DNA of 63,983 bases, counting the filler, from Vicugna vicugna (lineage: Eukaryota): the NCBI GenBank assembly GCA_013265495.1. It is 76 parts of 75 records of this genome, joined end to end, with 100 filler letters (N's around TTAATTAATTAA, not from the genome) between each part and the next. Parts side by side here need not be neighbours in the genome. Positions count along the whole stretch, not along the records: positions 61,179 to 62,125 come from MU062184.1; positions 62,226 to 63,124 come from MU062185.1; positions 63,225 to 63,701 come from PNXW01022830.1; positions 63,802 to 63,983 come from MU062227.1; 72 more parts are not named here. One strand, given 5' to 3'. Numbering within the stretch: the stretch's first letter is position 1; every line of letters starts with the position of its first letter. Of the stretch, positions 61,179-63,983 are shown one piece after another. The position numbers and the translations under genes were made by a program. The notes under the pieces were generated by a model. It saw only the letters and a program-made list of their open reading frames with translations. It was not told the origin of the DNA and did no database searches.

Positions 61179-62125
61179 AGCGTGGGGAGGTTAGACCAAC
61201 GGTCGGCAGCGCGTGGGTTCTAATGGACTGCCTAAGATCGTCTCACCTGAGGTTTTTCCTAATGTCTCTGTGCCAGGGAATGCTAGGGGTGATTGCAGGA
61301 TATCTCAGTGACCGAGGCTGCCTCCCCAAGGTCAGGAAAGTTATTTCCCGGACTTCCCCAAACAGGGAACACCTGTGACTGTAGAGAGCTGCGTGGAGTT
61401 GTCTCTCGAGCTCCCCCACGCTCTGACAATGGTTCCGGAATCCTGAGCGTGGGGAGGTTAGACCAACGGTCGGCAGAGCGTGGGTTCTAATGGACTGCCT
61501 AAGATCGTCTCACCTGAGGTTTTTCCTAATGTCTCTGTTCCAGGGAATGCTAGGGGTGACTGCAGGATATCCCAGTGACTGTGGATGCCTCCCCAAGTTC
61601 AGGGAAGGTTTTTCCCGGACTTCCCCTTACAGGGAACACCTGTCACTGAAGAGAGCGGCGTGGAGATGTCTCTCGAGCTCCCCCATGCTCTAACAATTTT
61701 TCAGGAATCCTGAGCGTGGGGAGGTTCCACCAACGGTCGGCAGCGCGTGGGTTCTAACGGAATGCCTGAGCTGGTCTCCCNNNNNNNNNNNNNNNNNNNN
61801 NNNNNNNNNNNNNNNNNNNNNNNNNNNNNNNNNNNNNNNNNNNNNNNNNNNNNNNNNNNNNNNNNNNNNNNNNNNNNNNNNNNNNNNNNNNNNNNNNNNN
61901 NNNNNNNNNNNNNNNNNNNNNNNNNNNNNNNNNNNNNNNNNNNNNNNNNNNNNNNNNNNNNNNNNNNNNNNNNNNNNNNNNNNNNNNNNNNNNNNNNNNN
62001 NNNNNGTGGGTTCTAATGGAATGCCTAAGCTCGTATCCCCTGAGTGTTTTCCTAATATCTTTGCGCCAGGGAAAACTAGAGGGTGATTGCAGGATACCCC
62101 AGTGACCGAGACTGCCTCCCCAAGG
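61179..62125. repeat. Satellite A, reverse orientation
   Basis: agcgtggggaggttagaccaacgg at 61179 and 61445; adjacent monomers share private variants (ttagacc, taatggactgcctaagatcg). Confidence 0.95.
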
Positions 62126-62376
62126 NNNNNNNNNNNNNNNNNNNNNNNNNNNNNNNNNNNNNNNNNNNNTTAATTAATTAANNNNNNNNNNNNNNNNNNN
62201 NNNNNNNNNNNNNNNNNNNNNNNNNCGGATTCACTTTGAAATGTCTGTAAACTGGCGGGCTTCACCTCCCACCATCCTTGGCTGCAAGACAGCCCTCTTC
62301 CTTGCTGATACCTTTCTGGATGTAGGGAAGCAATCCGGAACACAGCCTTGGTGGACTGGCCTCCAGGTAAACTTAC

Positions 62377-62943
62377 CTGCTGTCTGTGTCCTGTCCCATG
62401 AAGTCCTCTTTCTCAAACGGGATGCAGAGGAGGGGGATCTTGTCCCCAGATTTCTTAGGGGCCCTATCCAGCCTCTTGGACTTGGGCAAGATCAAGAGTG
62501 ACTCAGTGAAGTCCTCGATCCTCTTCTCCACCACCCTGCATTCCTCGTAGTTTGAACGANNNNNNNNNNNNNNNNNNNNNNNNNNNNNNNNNNNNNNNNN
62601 NNNNNNNNNNNNNNNNNNNNNNNNNNNNNNNNNNNNNNNNNNNNNNNNNNNNNNNNNNNNNNNNNNNNNNNNNNNNNNNNNNNNNNNNNNNNNNNNNNNN
62701 NNNNNNNNNNNNNNNNNNNNNNNNNNNNNNNNNNNNNNNNNNNNNNNNNNNNNNNNNNNNNNAGTGGTGCCTGTAGTGGATACAGAGTGCCCACTGGGAG
62801 CCGCACGGGCTGATACGGCTCACCAAGGAGATTTGCTTATAGATGCAAAAGAAATTCTCCTCTGAAATGATCCCCATGGGTTGGACCACAACGGGAAGTG
62901 TCTGGTGGTCCTCAGCACTCTGCACGTAGTCAGGGATGCCCAT
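62377..62943 (-). pseudogene. TRAPPC9: First coding exon of TRAPPC9 (NIBP), degenerate unprocessed copy with an internal gap
   Basis: [37 protein letters not shown]...HYRHH [gap] [58 protein letters not shown]. Recalled human sequence is [37 protein letters not shown]...[60 protein letters not shown] pyrimidine tract with CAGCAG acceptor lies upstream and a GTAAGT donor starts at 62376. Confidence 0.88.
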
Positions 62944-63801
62944 GTTGCAGGCCCTGCTGAGAGGGGAGAAGAGATTGAGGTACATACTGTGCTGTGGGTT
63001 GCGGGCCTCACTGGGTTGCGGTGACCTGGTGTGTACCAGCCAGAAGGCAAGGGAAGCCAAAGCAAATCCGGGGACACTCTTTGTCCTCAGAGTCTGCACA
63101 TGGCTACTGTAGCTCGGATCACACNNNNNNNNNNNNNNNNNNNNNNNNNNNNNNNNNNNNNNNNNNNNTTAATTAATTAANNNNNNNNNNNNNNNNNNNN
63201 NNNNNNNNNNNNNNNNNNNNNNNNTGCCCCCGCCTGCTCTCGAACTGGGACTGTTGGAAGTGGAGTGAGATTTCAGTCTCGTGGAGGCGCTCGCTCGTAC
63301 TGTGAGAGAGGAAAAGTTGAGCCTCGTGCCTCCCTTTCCGTGGGCCTCTTCAAGGCCAGACATCTTCCCAGAGCTTTCCGGACAGCTCCCAACAGCAAGT
63401 GCCCACAGGATGTGTTTTGTGACTGAACTCGTGAAGACAGGTGGTCTGAGACCAATGTTGGCTCTGGTGCCAGCAGCAGCCTCTGGGGACGCCTCCCTGT
63501 GTGGCCCAGCCCTCGGCCCTCCCTCGCTTCCGCACGTACACCGGCCCCGCCCTTCTCACCTTGGGGCTGTGCCTCGGTGGGCTCCTGGTCCTCCACCGGA
63601 CTCCCAGGGAGCTGCTCCAGGTCAGAGCCGGGTCTGCTGAGCTGCCTGTCAGCCGCGGGCAGGACCCTGGCGTGACGCCTGGGCGGTTTCTGGGGAGGAG
63701 GNNNNNNNNNNNNNNNNNNNNNNNNNNNNNNNNNNNNNNNNNNNNTTAATTAATTAANNNNNNNNNNNNNNNNNNNNNNNNNNNNNNNNNNNNNNNNNNN
63801 N

Positions 63802-63983
63802 CCCAGTGACAGAGGCTGACTCCCCAAGTTCAGGGAAGGTTTTTCTGGGACTTCCCGAATCAGGGAAAACCTGTGACTGAAGAGAGCTGCGTGGAGTTGT
63901 CTCTCGAGCTCCCCCACGCACTGACAATGGTTCCGGAATCCTGAGCGTGGGGAGGTTCCACCAACGGTCGGCAGCGCGTGGGT
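63802..63983. repeat. Satellite A, reverse orientation
   Basis: A consensus landmarks present. Confidence 0.94.

Noticed and set aside
534..63757. Regularly recurring TTAATTAATTAA resembling a CRISPR repeat, recombination site or piggyBac TTAA target
   Set aside because: It is always embedded in 44 N on each side. It is an artificial six-frame-stop linker, not biology.
1..63983. Apparent clustering or alternation of satellites, L1 and gene fragments as a composite system
   Set aside because: Scaffold order is arbitrary, so adjacency across linkers carries no information.

Overview
This is not a contiguous locus. It is an artificial concatenation of about 76 tiny unplaced mammalian scaffolds (0.15-1.5 kb). 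They are joined by a fixed 100-bp linker, N44-TTAATTAATTAA-N44 (about 75 copies counted), and many also have internal N gaps, so neighbouring scaffolds carry no synteny information. The L1 3' ends and the 267-bp satellite suggest a camelid such as alpaca; this is inference from recalled consensus sequences, not a database result. About half the scaffolds are satellite DNA of five types, labelled A-E here: A, a GC-rich homogeneous 267-bp monomer; B, a diverged multimeric relative of A with ~265-bp monomers; C, a CATG-rich ~247-bp trimeric repeat; D, a ~248-bp monomer colinear with C; and E, an AT-rich heptamer satellite. Also present are a degenerate/variant telomeric array, many decayed L1 fragments, MIR, MER44, MLT1 and ERV-LTR remnants, a GAG-rich Glu-codon repeat and two degenerate intron-flanked gene copies (ACTR3B-like and TRAPC9-family TRAPPC9-like exons). 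The most notable observation is that five scaffolds tile into one multi-copy unit of roughly 3 kb or more, built around a dead L1 ORF1, which is a candidate L1-derived macrosatellite. No intact protein-coding gene, RNA gene, CRISPR array or new enzymatic system is supportable. Nearly all long ORFs in the supplied track are artefacts of N runs.
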